This document shows positions 49,056-61,072 of a stretch of DNA of 64,000 nt, in pieces; the first letter of the stretch is position 1, and every line of letters starts with the position of its first letter. This stretch comes from Selaginella moellendorffii. Its lineage: Eukaryota > Plantae > Lycopodiophyta. The DNA lies in NCBI RefSeq assembly GCF_000143415.4, contig NW_003314280.1, positions 2,153,549-2,217,548 of the forward strand. The letters are read 5' to 3'. Both the position numbers and the translations under genes were made by a program. Below the pieces are notes generated by a model. The model was not told the origin of the DNA, did not search any database, and saw nothing but the letters and a program-made list of their open reading frames with translations.

Positions 49056-49274
49056 AGCAACCAGATGGTTAGGGTTGGTGATGGCCGTCTCTGTTGAGAG
49101 CGAAGAGCGTGATTCTCCCTACAGAGATCCGGGTATAGGATGATTGCTTGTCTGACTTGCCTTGTTTCGGGTGGGGGGGGGGGGGGGGGGGAATGGGGGC
49201 AAGAAATAGATATGATATTCCACCACATCTTGAGTTCTTCCAAGTTTCAGGGAGCGGTGAAGTGGCAATAAACC

Positions 49275-49830
49275 AAGAAGCCTCTGAAGATTGATGATGG
49301 ACGCTGAACCCCCAGTCATGGCACAAAAATCTTGCGGACGGCTCTTAAACTTCGCTCATATGTCTTCAGATGGTGAAGGAGCTTTCTGAAAAAGTGCTGA
49401 TGGAAGCACCAACTTGCCATCTAAAGAAGCTACTGTAATCGATTTCCTGGTAATGTTCTTAACCTATAGGGTGGTCAGCTAGTTGCTATAAACCTCAAGA
49501 CAGGTAACTCACCAGAGCTTCTCATAAAGTTAGGAAATGTTTACTTTGTTTTGCAGCTACTTGCTGGGGCCGCTGCGAGAAACATCACCATTCATAATGC
49601 TGATTGGGCCCATGTAAAACGTTTAGAGCTTCTGCTCTTGTGGCAAATTTATATTTTATTCCGCTGGCTGAAATGTAGACACTCCAAAACGTAGATACAT
49701 CTGGTGGGAACTTATGGATGGAAGCGAGGATCTGTTCTATGCCAAGAGGTACTATAAAAGTTCTCTGAAATTACTTTAAAGCAGCTATGATTGGTTTAGG
49801 GACCTGTTTATAGAGATAGTTGGAAGCTGA
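49275..49830 (+). pseudogene. Third, 3'-only remnant of the At1g73470-like gene
   Basis: Matches 46055-46990 with many deletions (cttcagatggtgaaggagctttctg, ggggccgctgcgaga, aacttatggatggaagcgaggatc). Confidence 0.75.
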
Positions 49831-51539
49831 AGTAAAACAATTAGTAAAGTGATCAAAACTTTTTAAAGTTTATTTATAAAAATTCTATAGCTAGTTTTAT
49901 TGTGATTTAAACATAGTTCAAAAATAGTTAAATATTTTTGTATAAAAAGGCTAAGGTAATTTTAGGGTATCACTTTTACTATAATAATCACTTGAATTAT
50001 CATTCTTTAGTTTTTTTAGCAAGCTTCATTATAGATAATTCATTTATTTTAGATTTTTAGTCATGATTCATTAAATGTTGAAAAAAAAGAGTGAATAAGA
50101 GAGAAATAAAATTCTAAATTTATATAAGATCTAATTATAACTAAATTTAGATTTATAACCTTTTGTATCACTATTTTTCACAATATATAATTTTTTAAAT
50201 TTATTTACTATGTCATAACAGTTTATTAACATTGCCACATTTAATTTCTATGTGGTTCCAGAATTGCCACATAACACTAATAAATATTTATAAAAAAGTT
50301 GGATCATTAATTAAATTTAAATCTAAACTATCACTCAATTTATAAAGCACTTCGATTGTATTAAAATCTCGTTACTCCACTTTTATTCACAGGCCTTTTC
50401 CCTTTACATTTGAACCCCATGGATCATTTTTCAAGTTATTTCCTTTGGTTGTTTACAATCTTCATAACTAGAGTTAAATTGGTTGTAGTTGTTGAATTAG
50501 TGATTGTAATTATAAAACTATTATAAGCTCTTGAAGTCAGATTTTCAACTCTCTTAAACCATTTTTAATTCAAATTTTAAATTATTCACTTTAGTTATTT
50601 ATAATTCATCATATTTCTTTGCAAATTCATATTACAACTTCCTGAAAGCCCCACTCTTTTAACATTCTACCCCTCATGTTAAAATGTTGTTTGGAAATAT
50701 CAACTCAACATGTGATACAAAACCCTTAACCAATTAATAGAGTCAAATATAAAACTTTAAATGGAAATTCAAACTTCTAAAGAGATCATCCATCTCAATA
50801 CCACAACAAGATCTTTAATTGAAATATGCACTTTTATGCTTATAACTACAAGTGGACTTGAATCACTACTTGCTTTTGGCTACACTGCTACATTGCTAGA
50901 TGGAGTTAGATTGTTACTTGCCAGAGCTGGATTGCTACACCACTGTGTTTCTATATAGAGTTGGATCACTACTTGCTCATCTATGCTACTTAGCTGGTGC
51001 TAGATACTTGCTTAGCTCATGCTGGTCTAGTCTGGTTAGTCTATTGCTCATGTGCTACTCACAATACATGTCTAGGTAAAATGAGTTGCTCCTAGAGATT
51101 AGTGAGAACAAAAAAAGCAACAAGAAGTAGGAACTCTTACCAGGATGGGTTTCTATAAGGAAGGTTAATTCAAAGAAAAAGTTGATACAGTTTTTGTGAA
51201 CGGAGCAGCATCGAAGCTTTGGTATAGGCATGGACAAGCAAAGGTAGCTGGCTCTTACTCTTTACATATGAAACTATTAAAATCGTCTTTGAGCATGCCT
51301 CAACCAAGCTGCATGAATTGACCTTTGTCGAGATTTGGAATGCCTTTTCTTTTCTTTTTCAGATGAAGATCTGGAAAATCGAGGTAAAAATTAATCCTAG
51401 AAAAGAACCACTCATAGCATAAATACTTTCACCTTAAATATATCAAAGAGATGTAGAGGTATGGTGATAGCACGGTGAACTGAAAAGGTAGAACACCTCA
51501 TGTATTGCATATTTCTAAATCAAAAGAAACTCCAAGTCT

Positions 51540-52493
51540 AAGCTAATGGTAAGTCTAAAGTAAATTTCACATGTACGGAGGCAATGGTTTTGGAAGTGGT
51601 ACCACTTCCCATGAATCTTGTTTACTGAGGTTGTAAGTCACTAGCATTGCTCGATTAAGAGAAATGCAGTACATAATACTGTTGTAGATGTTTGCAGACT
51701 TTATGACATGAAATCTTGCAGAAATGCTCTCTGGGGCCTGGCTTATCAGAACTACATTCTCACCTCTTACTTCAAAGAGTCCAAATAAATGAATGCCTCT
51801 TTCTCCAAGCAAGTAAAGCTTGCCATCCCAACTGAAGAGCGTAAAACTCCCTTCAAGTACTTCAGACCCCAGCTTCAAGTAGCGGTGTGAAAGACGCTCA
51901 CCATTGTCCGCACGATAACTCAGCAGTGCCACCTTGCTTGTGGATCCAATGGAATGGATGATTGTCACAAACGGTGGAAGAGGACGTGATAAACTCCATA
52001 AAATCCTTCCTGCTGATATCCCCATTCCGGTGCTCTCTGATCAACCACTCCGACTTCCAGGAGTGAAGGACTGCTATTTGCATACACTCATGTAACCGAA
52101 ATACAATTCGATAGCCCTGCTCATGATCTATTAGAGTTGCAATCTCAAAATCATCTGAAAATGGCAGTAATCTGTGCCCTTTCCACTTATTGAAGAATGG
52201 GTTCCCCACCCAAAAGTCTCTACCTTCCCGGACCAGCACCAGCCCGGACTGAGAGACCGACTGGATATAGGTAGATGGAAATTCTAACTCGAACCACTGA
52301 CCCAGACCCAAGTGGCAAATGTTACACAACAAAGACTCACCCTCTTCTTTTGAAATATGATGCAGGGCGACGGATCCTCGTAGCGCCTTAAAAACCATGG
52401 AGAATCAATTATTTGTTTCCAAGCCTTGCAAACAGCTCTCGCTCTCAATAGACTCGGCCCAGGAAGCCTCAAAAGGATATCTACATGCTCCAT
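51540..52493 (-). pseudogene. F-box protein, full length but frameshifted (copy d)
   Basis: MEHVDILLRLPGPSLLRARAVCKAWKQIIDSPWF F-box motif. The body is split across three ORFs (52284-52499, 51898-52398, 51567-52025). Confidence 0.85.
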
Positions 52494-52994
52494 CACCAAC
52501 CCTAACCTAAGAAAATGTAATTTGTGACTTTTATTTTTGTTACATGAAATTCATTTTACCTTTAAAGTGTTTAAATTGTTTAATATTTTTTCCACTTTCC
52601 AATCCACATCTCAGATGTAATGGGGCCTGGGTAAGGAGGGTGCAAAGTTTGCTCACCTGCGCTTTGAGCGCAAGAGACCAGCAAAAGATCCCGCAAAGGA
52701 AATCGTCAACTAGATGGAGTGAACATCCTGAAAGGATTATAAAATGAAAATATCAAACAAAAATTCTTATTGAGCACCAGAACAGCATATAGATAGAACT
52801 GATATAACATTTGCTATTATCACTTTCAAAATACAGTTTACTAGAATTCTACTACCCAAAGATAAAAATGATATGAAATGATCATACTTGCTATGCAAAC
52901 ACCGGTGAAGAATAATTTAGAAGCAGAGCACATTACAAATCTAGAACCCCAATTCCTGATGAAAACTTAGCGCTAGATGTCATGTTCTTTCACA

Positions 52995-53605
52995 GCTAAG
53001 GGGCTTGAAGCGCTTGAGAACCACAGGTGTTGTCAACCTCCAAGCTCATTTGCATCCTGTCGCAAGAAAAGCCGAGCTCCATGCCCCCGGTAAGCTGTGC
53101 CTCTCCCACTACTCAGGTCCTCGAGCAGCCAGTCATGCACGCTGGGAATTATGCTCTCCCGACGCTAGCACCAGAAACTCGCATCCACCATCGCGAAGAT
53201 CAATCTAGATCTCCACAACCTCGGGAACAGCCACCACGGCCTGCTCCGCGGGCCCCAGACCGGCATTGCTCTTCGGACTTCCACATGACATCGCCCAAGG
53301 CCACCTCACTTGCAGCCCAAACTGGCTCTTCTCGCCCCGAACGCTCGCGCTGGCAATCTCGAGCCCCTAGTTCCTCACCGCCGTCGCCCCGGCCCTGACC
53401 GCCCTCTCGCAGTCCCCGGGCATCGTCTCGGGCTTGTGCGCCCCCTCGCAGTCCCCGGGCATGTGATCTCTCTCGTGGCCCCGAGACATGCATGACCTCC
53501 CGGAGGGCGATCCGCAGATGAGCGTCCTCCGTTTTGGGCCTGGCTCCCACCGTGATCCAGAGTTCTTCATGACTACGGGATCGCTCTTCCAGTCCTTCTG
53601 TGCCT
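52995..53605 (-). pseudogene. PP2C pseudogene, inverted deleted copy of 56930-57991
   Basis: KDWKSD, HKPETMPGDCERAVRAGAT, ALGDVMWKS and KRFKPL fragments in shifting frames. Confidence 0.88.
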
Positions 53606-53649
53606 TGAGTTTAAAAGGCAAACAAACAAAAGGTTCCTCTTGATCGGTG

Positions 53650-54638
53650 ATGGAGCATGTAGATATCCTTTTGAGGCTTCCTGGGCCGAGTCTGTTGAGA
53701 GCGTGTTTGCAAGGCTTGGAAACAAATAATTGACTCTCCATGGTTTTCAGTCCGCTACAGGGATCCATCGCCTTACATCTTATTGCCATCATCAAAAGAA
53801 GAGGGCTGGCCTTTCTGTAACATATGCCACTTGGGTCTGGGTAAGTGAATTTCCATCCAAATTTATCCAGGCGGTCTCCCAGTCTGGGCTGGTGCTGGTC
53901 CGGGAAGGCAGAGGCTTTTGGGTGGGGAACCCATTCTTCAATAAGTGGAAAGCACATGGATTAGAACTGCCATATGCAAAGTTTGATCCAGAGATTGCAA
54001 CTCTAGTGGATCATGAACAGGGCTATCGAGTAGTATTTCGGGTGCGGAGATTCGTTCAAACGGCAGTCCTCTGCTCCTGGAAGTCAGAATGGCTGCTCTG
54101 TAACCACCTTGAGGAGGATCTCAAGAAGGATTTTGCGGAGTTTGTCACATCCTCCTCCACTGTTTGTGACAACATCATCCATTCCATTGGATCCAAAAGC
54201 AAGGTGGCGCTACTGAGTTATTGTGCAGACAATGGTGAGGTTCTTTCACTCCGTTACTTGAAGCTGGGGTCTGAAGTACTTGAAGGGTGTTTTAGGCTCT
54301 TTGGTTGGGATGGCAAGCTCTATTTGCTTGGAAAAAATGGCACTCACTTATTTGGACTCTTTGAAATAAGAGGTGAGAATGTAGTTCTGATTAGCTGGGC
54401 ACCAGAAAGCATTTCTGCAAGATTCCCCTTCATAAAGTCTGCAAACATCGACAACAATATTATTTATTGCATTTCTCATGTTAAGCAAGCGATGCTAGTG
54501 ACTTATAACCTCAGTCAACAGGGTTCATGGCAAATGGTACCACTTCCAGAACCATTGCCCTCATGCATTGGAATCTTAAATATTGTAAAGTTTAGTTTAG
54601 ACTTACCATTTGGCTTAGACTTGTGTAGTGCCTTCTGA
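53650..54638 (+). pseudogene. F-box protein with two 5' frameshifts (copy e)
   Basis: MEHVDILLRLPGPSLLRA, then frameshifts, then a long open C-terminal region (SQSGLVLVREGRGFWVGNPFFNKWK...). Confidence 0.82.
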
Positions 54639-55534
54639 TTTCAAACGTGGACAAAAGCAACTCACTTTCAAGCCAATAATTGATTCTGCACTTGTGTGTC
54701 CTTTATATTTACTTAAGGTGAAAGGTTGTTTGCAAGCGACTACATCAAAATGAGAGGAAGTGCTACTATGAGCAGACGTAATATCTCCGCAAGAAACAAA
54801 ACTCGATTCCATGCTTTAGGAATGTTTTTGTGTAAATAAACCATAAACATTGCTAAGCAATTCTGATGTTACTTCCAGTAGAAAACTTGCTCTAGGACGA
54901 GCTCCCCGACCCTCCACCAAAGCGGAGATCCACCCAAGAGTAGCCAAGGAAGTACTTTACTGCCGCCAAAAGGTTCTTCAAAGCTGTGGTCGAAAGAAAC
55001 AAAACGCTAAGAAAGCGCCACTCGAAGAACATGGAGCTCAGGAAGGACGTACAGAATAAAAACAGAAAAATGAAAGGACGCATACCGAGAAACCAAGAAG
55101 CTTGAGCCTAGCAGCTTTCTGGATTGAGAAATTTTCATTCCTGCTATAAATCTCATCCAAGATGCAGGACGAGCTGGAAACGAAGTGTTAAGAACAAACA
55201 GGACAAAGGAAAAGAATGAGAGCGATAGCCTGGATCATCCTGTGGTCAATCCTGGCTCCCTTGGGATGAGAGCGATGAATAGCAGCTGGAATTGTCTACG
55301 AAGACTACACTTGGAAGGTTACAATTGCCGATGACTTAACAGGAAAAGAGTGTGTAAGCACACTTCCGCTGAAAGGAAGCGGAAAGTGGTCGACTGCAGT
55401 TTGGTTGACAATTAAAGAGTTTCATATAAGCGTATACCAAAGGGCCGAAAGCTTCGAAGCTGTGGCCTGTTTATAAGAAACTAAACCAAAGGAGCAAACA
55501 GAGAACAAACCAGCTGTCCACAAAGACCAATCTT

Positions 55535-56716
55535 CTAGAGTATAGATCTCGCATTCGATCCTCTCTCTCTCTTCAAAGCACGCAGCATTCGGACGCGACA
55601 GCGGGGGAAGAAGGTTACAAATGGCGCCAAGAAAGAATGATACCTGAGCTCTCCGTAGCCCTTCCGCGACCTAGAAACTATCCAACAAAGCGGTACTCTT
55701 AAAGATGAAGCGCCCGCGTCCTTGTCGTAGCGTCCAGCCGCCTCCTTGACTGCTGTCTCAAACTCCCTCCATATTTCTCGCTCCTCTACACTCAAACGTT
55801 TTTTTAGCCATTCTTTTCCTAGAGATTCCTTACCTCGGTTTTGGAGATATTGGAGGTCCGCTGCTATCGCCTGGGCGGGCACAATCGCCTTGAACGCGCC
55901 AGCATCTCCAAGATCCATGTCCAAAGGAGAGCAGAGCCCGAAATCCAGGATCCATATGCTCCTCCCGGAGAGATGCAGCTGGACGTCGCGGAATCTCCAG
56001 CCCTCTCCAAACACGCCGCGAGCAAAGAGCTCCCCGACGCTCCGAGCGACGCTGCTGGCTTCCAGGTGAGGGAAAACCTCCTGCACATCACAAGCACACA
56101 CAACCGGTTCGTTTATCACCTGGAGTTTGTCGCGCTCATGCTCCGTGAACGTGTAGAGCCAAGCCCGGTCTCCAAGATCGTCACTGTCCTGCTTTGCCTG
56201 CGAGAATGGGATCTTGTAGGTCCTCTGGAAGAGGGACTCCACAGCCTCCTCCTCGATGGGTGGCAACCTCTGCATGACAATGACGGGAGCGTTAATGCGC
56301 TTGAGATGCTTGAGCACGAGAGGCCTTATCTCTTCGTCCACGCGCTGGAGCAGTGCCTGTTTTGGGGCGAAGGCGATCACCTCCGGCGATGAACCGATCT
56401 CCTGGCAACAGCCCTCTGCGCCTCCACCTCCATCTTGATCGCGTCGTACGGGATGTCTTTCCGCTTGGCAACTTTGATGGCGATCTCTCCCTCGCATATC
56501 ACCAGCCCCTGCAGTCCTCCATCCCAACTCGTTGCCAGTTCCTGCTTGGCCGCGCTCGTCCCCGCTCCGGCTTGCCGGCGTTCCACTAGGTTTCCTCCGC
56601 CGTGCTTGCCGCGATCCTTGCCGCCGCCAGTTGCCGCCGCTAGGATCGCGATCGGCCGCTCCACCTTGGCGTGCGGCTCTTGACCCCTGGATGGGAGCTT
56701 TATACGGGATCAACAT
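55535..56716 (-). pseudogene. Divergent protein-kinase-like (DUF3669-like) gene with one apparent frameshift near 56400
   Basis: N-lobe motifs (DGGLQGLV, EIAIKV, IKMEVEAQ) are in ORF 56377-56664. C-lobe motifs (IVMQRLPP, WRFRDVQLHL, IWILDFGLCSPLDMD) are in ORF 55535-56716. Intronless. Confidence 0.55.
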
Positions 56717-56841
56717 CTCTGCCGTCGAAACGGACGGCTGCGATTACCTTGCATTATATTCTTTATTAGAAAATCTGTAGTTTTACCTTTACGCTACTTT
56801 ATATTAATCATCATCTCTGCCGTCGAAACGGACGGCTGCGA
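56714..56841. repeat. Two identical 30-bp direct repeats (56714-56743, 56812-56841), each with a GCCGTC-N6-GACGGC palindrome
   Basis: catctctgccgtcgaaacggacggctgcga occurs twice in the divergent intergenic region. Confidence 0.92.
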
Positions 56842-56929
56842 CCAATACATGTTAAGGTTATAAACGCACATGGCGCTCTTGCCTTTTAAAATTCAATCAC
56901 AGTGAAACGTTTTAGGGTATCAAGTAGCG

Positions 56930-57991
56930 ATGAAGAAGACGCAGAAGGGCAAGAAGGCACCGGCACCTTGTCCAGCAGCAGCGGCACCATCGCCCAGCCC
57001 GCTGGACATGTTCAAGGACTGGAAGAGCGATCGCGTCCACAAGGTAGTCATGGAGAACTCTAGGATCAGGGTGGGAGCAGTGGCGACTCAAGGTCCCAGG
57101 CCCAAAATGGAGGACGCCTACGCCTGCGTCCCCGACCTGGACGCCTCCTCCTCCTTCGTCGCCCTCTACGACGGCCACGGCGGCTGCGCGGCAGCGCGCT
57201 ACTGCGCCGAGCACCTCCACCGGCGCCTCGTCTCCGACCCACACTACAAGAAGCGCGAGTTTGCCCGCGGCCTCCGGGAGGTGTTCGCGAAGATGGACAG
57301 GGCCATGCAGAGCCCGGCCGGCGCGGAGGAGCTCCGCAAGCTCGCGGAGGACAACAAGGAGGTGGCGGGCGCTGGCAATTGCGGCACTACCGCGGCTGCC
57401 GTTTTGATCCTGGACGACAGGCTCTTCGTGGCGCATGTCGGGGACAGCCACTGCACGCTGTGGCGGGGAAACGAGGCCGTGGCGGTGACGAGGGATCACA
57501 AGCCCGAGACGATGCCCGGGGACTGCGAGAGGGCGGTCAGGGCCGGGGCGACGGTGGTGAAGAACAAGTGGCTCGAGATTGGCAGCGTGAACTCTCGTGG
57601 CGAGAAGGGCCAGTTTGGGCTGCAGATGACGCGGGCCTTGGGTGATTTCATGTGGAAGAGCAACGCGGAGCTGGAGCCCGAGGAGCAGGCCGTGGTGGCT
57701 GTTCCCGAGGTTGTGGAGATTGATCTCCGCGATGGTGGATGCGAGTTCCTGGTGCTGGCGTCGGACGGGGTGCCGCGGGAGTGCGTGGAGAGCATCTGTC
57801 CCAGCGTGCATGACTGGCTGCTCGAGGAGGAGGAGCACCGGGAGAGGCATGGAGGTGGTGGAGCGTTCCAGTACCAGCAGGGGAGCATGGAGCTCGCCTT
57901 TTTTTGCGACAGGATGCAGAGCATGAGCTTGGAGGTTGACAACAAGACTGTGGTTCTCGTCCACCTCAAGCGCTTCAAGCCCCTGGCTTGA
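56930..57991 (+). CDS. Protein phosphatase 2C (PPM family), intronless
   Basis: QGPRPKMEDA, YDGHGG, GTTA, AHVGDS, TRDHKP, TRALGD, FLVLASDGV and DNKTVVLV; metal-binding Asp residues are present. Confidence 0.95.
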   Translation: MKKTQKGKKAPAPCPAAAAPSPSPLDMFKDWKSDRVHKVVMENSRIRVGAVATQGPRPKMEDAYACVPDLDASSSFVALYDGHGGCAAARYCAEHLHRRLVSDPHYKKREFARGLREVFAKMDRAMQSPAGAEELRKLAEDNKEVAGAGNCGTTAAAVLILDDRLFVAHVGDSHCTLWRGNEAVAVTRDHKPETMPGDCERAVRAGATVVKNKWLEIGSVNSRGEKGQFGLQMTRALGDFMWKSNAELEPEEQAVVAVPEVVEIDLRDGGCEFLVLASDGVPRECVESICPSVHDWLLEEEEHRERHGGGGAFQYQQGSMELAFFCDRMQSMSLEVDNKTVVLVHLKRFKPLA

Positions 57992-58225
57992 GAATTCTAG
58001 AGCTGTTATGAGCTGTTGCAATCTATAAGAAATTTTAACATATATCCTGGAATCTATGTTTGGTGAAACTTGAAAGTCTAGAACCTTAGACATCTAGACT
58101 TCCAGAATAGCAAGGTTCTAGATTTTCAACTTTCACTATGAGGCAATATATGTTTTAACTTGCATGGATCTTTAGCTGGTAAGAATCATGTTTTAGGATA
58201 GTCTAAAGCTTTTGGAGCTGAGGCC

Positions 58226-58783
58226 ATGGCGGCGTGCATCCAAGCGTTGGCAATTAGAGCAACGCTTCCATCTGCGTTTCTGGGTACGTCGCAGGTGTCA
58301 TGGAGGCGGCAACAGCGCCTGGTTCTCGCCAATCCATCCGGCTCCCGGGTCTCGGCGTGGTTTAAATTCGGGAACCGGGGATTGGATTCGCAAGGAGCTG
58401 GAATCTATGGCAGCCAGAAGAGGGACGATTTCAACAAGGACGACGTCGAACAGGTCAGAGATTTTCCTGGAATGTTTGTTCTCATGGTTCTTTCTCGTTT
58501 TTCTTTTGGTTTTGATCCACAGTACTTCAACTACATGGGAATGCTGGCGACCGAGGGATCCTACGATAAGATGGACGCGCTGCTCAACGAGGGTCTCCAT
58601 CCGGTGGACATTCTTTTGCTCATGGCTTCTTCCGAGGGAGATAAGCCCAAAATCGAGGAGCTTCTTCGCGCTGGAGCTAGCTACACGGTGAAAGACGGCG
58701 AGGGAAGAACAGCATTGGACAGGGCTAAAGACGACGAGATCAGAGATCTCATCCAGAACTTCCAGACCGTCCCTTCCCCGTGA
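58226..58783 (+). CDS. LTD: LHCP translocation defect / GDC1 ankyrin protein; intron 58454-58522, 162 aa
   Basis: WFKFGNRGLDSQGAGIYGSQKRDDFNKDDVEQ/YFNYMGMLATEGSYDKMDALL...HPVDILLLMASSEGDKPKIEELLRAGA. Confidence 0.94.
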   Translation: MAACIQALAIRATLPSAFLGTSQVSWRRQQRLVLANPSGSRVSAWFKFGNRGLDSQGAGIYGSQKRDDFNKDDVEQVRDFPGMFVLMVLSRFSFGFDPQYFNYMGMLATEGSYDKMDALLNEGLHPVDILLLMASSEGDKPKIEELLRAGASYTVKDGEGRTALDRAKDDEIRDLIQNFQTVPSP

Positions 58784-58836
58784 AAATCTGTCCATCGTAT
58801 AGGATCAATCCAAGTTTCCCTCCAAGGTTTTGTTGG

Positions 58837-60327
58837 ATGCGATGGGTCACACAATGGCGATCTTCTTCGTCCTCGAGTTATGGGCGGCGCTCGATCCATT
58901 CGTCCTCGCTGCTTGGTGGGCGGTTTTCTTTCCCTCTGGGCAGCGATCAGCAGCGCCTCCAGGCCCAATTCGCCTCACAGCTCCAGGCATGCCGAGATCT
59001 GGCCACCGCGCGGCGGCTCCACGCCCGGATCCTCGCTACCGCTCTTCGATCCGACACCTTCACCGCGAATCTCCTCGTCCAGCTGTACGGACGATGTGGC
59101 TGCCCGGAGATCGCACGCCAGACGTTCGATGGCATTCTTGCAAGGAACTCCTTCTCCTGGAACATAGTCATGGCGGCAAATGCCCAGAACAGGCATCTTG
59201 AGAACGCGAAGAGCGTCTTTGATAAGATGCCGGAGCGCGACGTTGTGACATGGACGGCTATGATGGCGTCATTTGCCGAGAGGGGAGATCTCTTTTGTCC
59301 AAAACAGTTGTTTGATTCCATGCCGGAAAGGAATGTAGTGTCCTGGAACGTCTTCGTTGGAGCATATGCGCAGCAAGAACAACTTGAGCCTAGCAAAGGA
59401 GCTTTCCTTCGAATGCCCTGCCACAGCATCGTTTCCTGGAACTCTATGCTTACAGCTTACGCGCAAGGGCAGCAAATCGATCGCGCAAGCGAGTTCTTTG
59501 AATCGATGCCACAGCGCGACGTGATTTCCTGGAACATCGCAATCTCAACACTTGCCCAAACAGGGGATTTGGTAAAAGCAAAGAAGCTGCTTGATCTGAT
59601 GCCGGCGGTGGGGATCGTGTGCTGGACGGCAATGGTGGTGGCAAACGGGCAGCTCTGTCAACTAGAACAAGCGAAGAAAATCTTTGATTCTATGCCGGAT
59701 CGTGATGATCTTGCTGGGACGGCTATGGTGACCGCATTTGCGCAGAATGGAGACGTGGACTCTGCCAAGGCTGTGTTTGATGCGATGCCAGAGCACAGCG
59801 TCTACGCCTGGAATGCTCTCCTCGCGGCCTACGCGCTAAATTCCCGCCCGGGTCGCGCTATGGAGATCTTCGCAACCATGCCCGAGAAGGACGTGGTCTC
59901 TTGGAACGTCGTCCTCGCCATGCTCTCCCAGCGCGATCAAGACGGGCGCGGCAGCGCGATCCAGCTCTTTCAATCGATGTTGCTCGAGGGATTCCTCCCA
60001 AACGACATCTCGCATCTCTGCGTGCTCATCGCTTGCAGCCGGGTTGGATCAATCCACGCCGGGCGCGACTGCTTCGCGGCGATGAGCTCGGATCACGGAT
60101 CCACGCCCGAGCGCGTCCACTACTCGTGCATGGTCGATCTCCTGGCCCGCACGGGACAGCTCCTCCTCGCCCAAGATCTCATCGAGACGATGCCTTTCTT
60201 TCCCGACGACGTGGAGTGGCTGACGCTCACGGTGAGCGGAGCTCCCGCTGGACCGAGGCTCATGGATCTCCGGCCTGGCCGATCCGGTCCCTACGTAGTG
60301 CTCTCGAATTCCATGCTAGCGCCGTAA
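58837..60327 (+). CDS. PLS-class PPR protein, truncated E domain, no DYW
   Basis: First ATG at 58837 (MRWVTQWRSSSS, presequence-like); LYGRCG, MPERDVVTW repeats and HYSCMVDLLARTG...MPFFPD. Confidence 0.92.
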   Translation: MRWVTQWRSSSSSSYGRRSIHSSSLLGGRFSFPLGSDQQRLQAQFASQLQACRDLATARRLHARILATALRSDTFTANLLVQLYGRCGCPEIARQTFDGILARNSFSWNIVMAANAQNRHLENAKSVFDKMPERDVVTWTAMMASFAERGDLFCPKQLFDSMPERNVVSWNVFVGAYAQQEQLEPSKGAFLRMPCHSIVSWNSMLTAYAQGQQIDRASEFFESMPQRDVISWNIAISTLAQTGDLVKAKKLLDLMPAVGIVCWTAMVVANGQLCQLEQAKKIFDSMPDRDDLAGTAMVTAFAQNGDVDSAKAVFDAMPEHSVYAWNALLAAYALNSRPGRAMEIFATMPEKDVVSWNVVLAMLSQRDQDGRGSAIQLFQSMLLEGFLPNDISHLCVLIACSRVGSIHAGRDCFAAMSSDHGSTPERVHYSCMVDLLARTGQLLLAQDLIETMPFFPDDVEWLTLTVSGAPAGPRLMDLRPGRSGPYVVLSNSMLAP

Positions 60328-61072
60328 AGGATTTGTTGAGATCGATCCATCTGGGAAGTTTCATGAGACGGAAGAAGTTCGTGAACACTGTGAACATCAC
60401 AACGCGTTTTCTTGTTTCGGGTGCCATTCAAAGACTTGGGCAGGTCAATCTTAGCAACCCAGACGGGTTTCTCCTTGAATCACAGAGGGTTTCTCCAAGG
60501 TCATGGGAAGCATATGGTCACAAAGTGTCAACAAATTGGGGAGAAGTTTTTTTTATTGTTCTTGGACAACGCACGCCAAATCTTTTTTCAACGCTCCTGT
60601 TCCCAAACCTTCAGTTTTTCTTCCATCATGCAGCTGCCAAATGCGACGAAGTGGACGAGGAGCAAACCCTAGCTGGTGTTTGAAATTTTAAAAACTTTGG
60701 CGCGAGACCCCCTGCCAATGCCGCCCTGCCACTTGGCGCAACACCCGTGGTGACTGTCTACCAACGCACATGTGGATAGACGCGAAGCTTTGCAGCAACA
60801 ACAGTCTGGTGCCGTACGCACCAGCGTGGCGGTGGCTGTCACTCGTCTTCTCGTCCGTCGGGCTGTGGGCCACAAATAGTTTGGGCCACAGTGTGAAGCC
60901 GTCGTACACGCTTTAGCTAACTGGCATATATAATAAAACAGCTTGGCTTCATATTTTTGCTCGCTCTCTTGCATAGATAGGAAGAGAGGGGAGGATCGTT
61001 GCCCTAGAGGCGCTGGGCGATCGTCCGGGCGGGCGATCATCCGTTGCTATAGCTAGGACGAGCGCGCGAGCG

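Noticed and set aside
56912-58093. 393-aa antisense ORF over PP2C, and similar long antisense ORFs over the PPRs, PsbY, riboflavin synthase and PTAC18
   Set aside because: These are shadow frames expected from high GC at third codon positions, with no recognisable motifs.
60330-61040. ORFs 59901-60683 and 60669-61040 as genes or a DYW extension of the PPR
   Set aside because: No HxE/CxxC deaminase motif or other recognisable signature.
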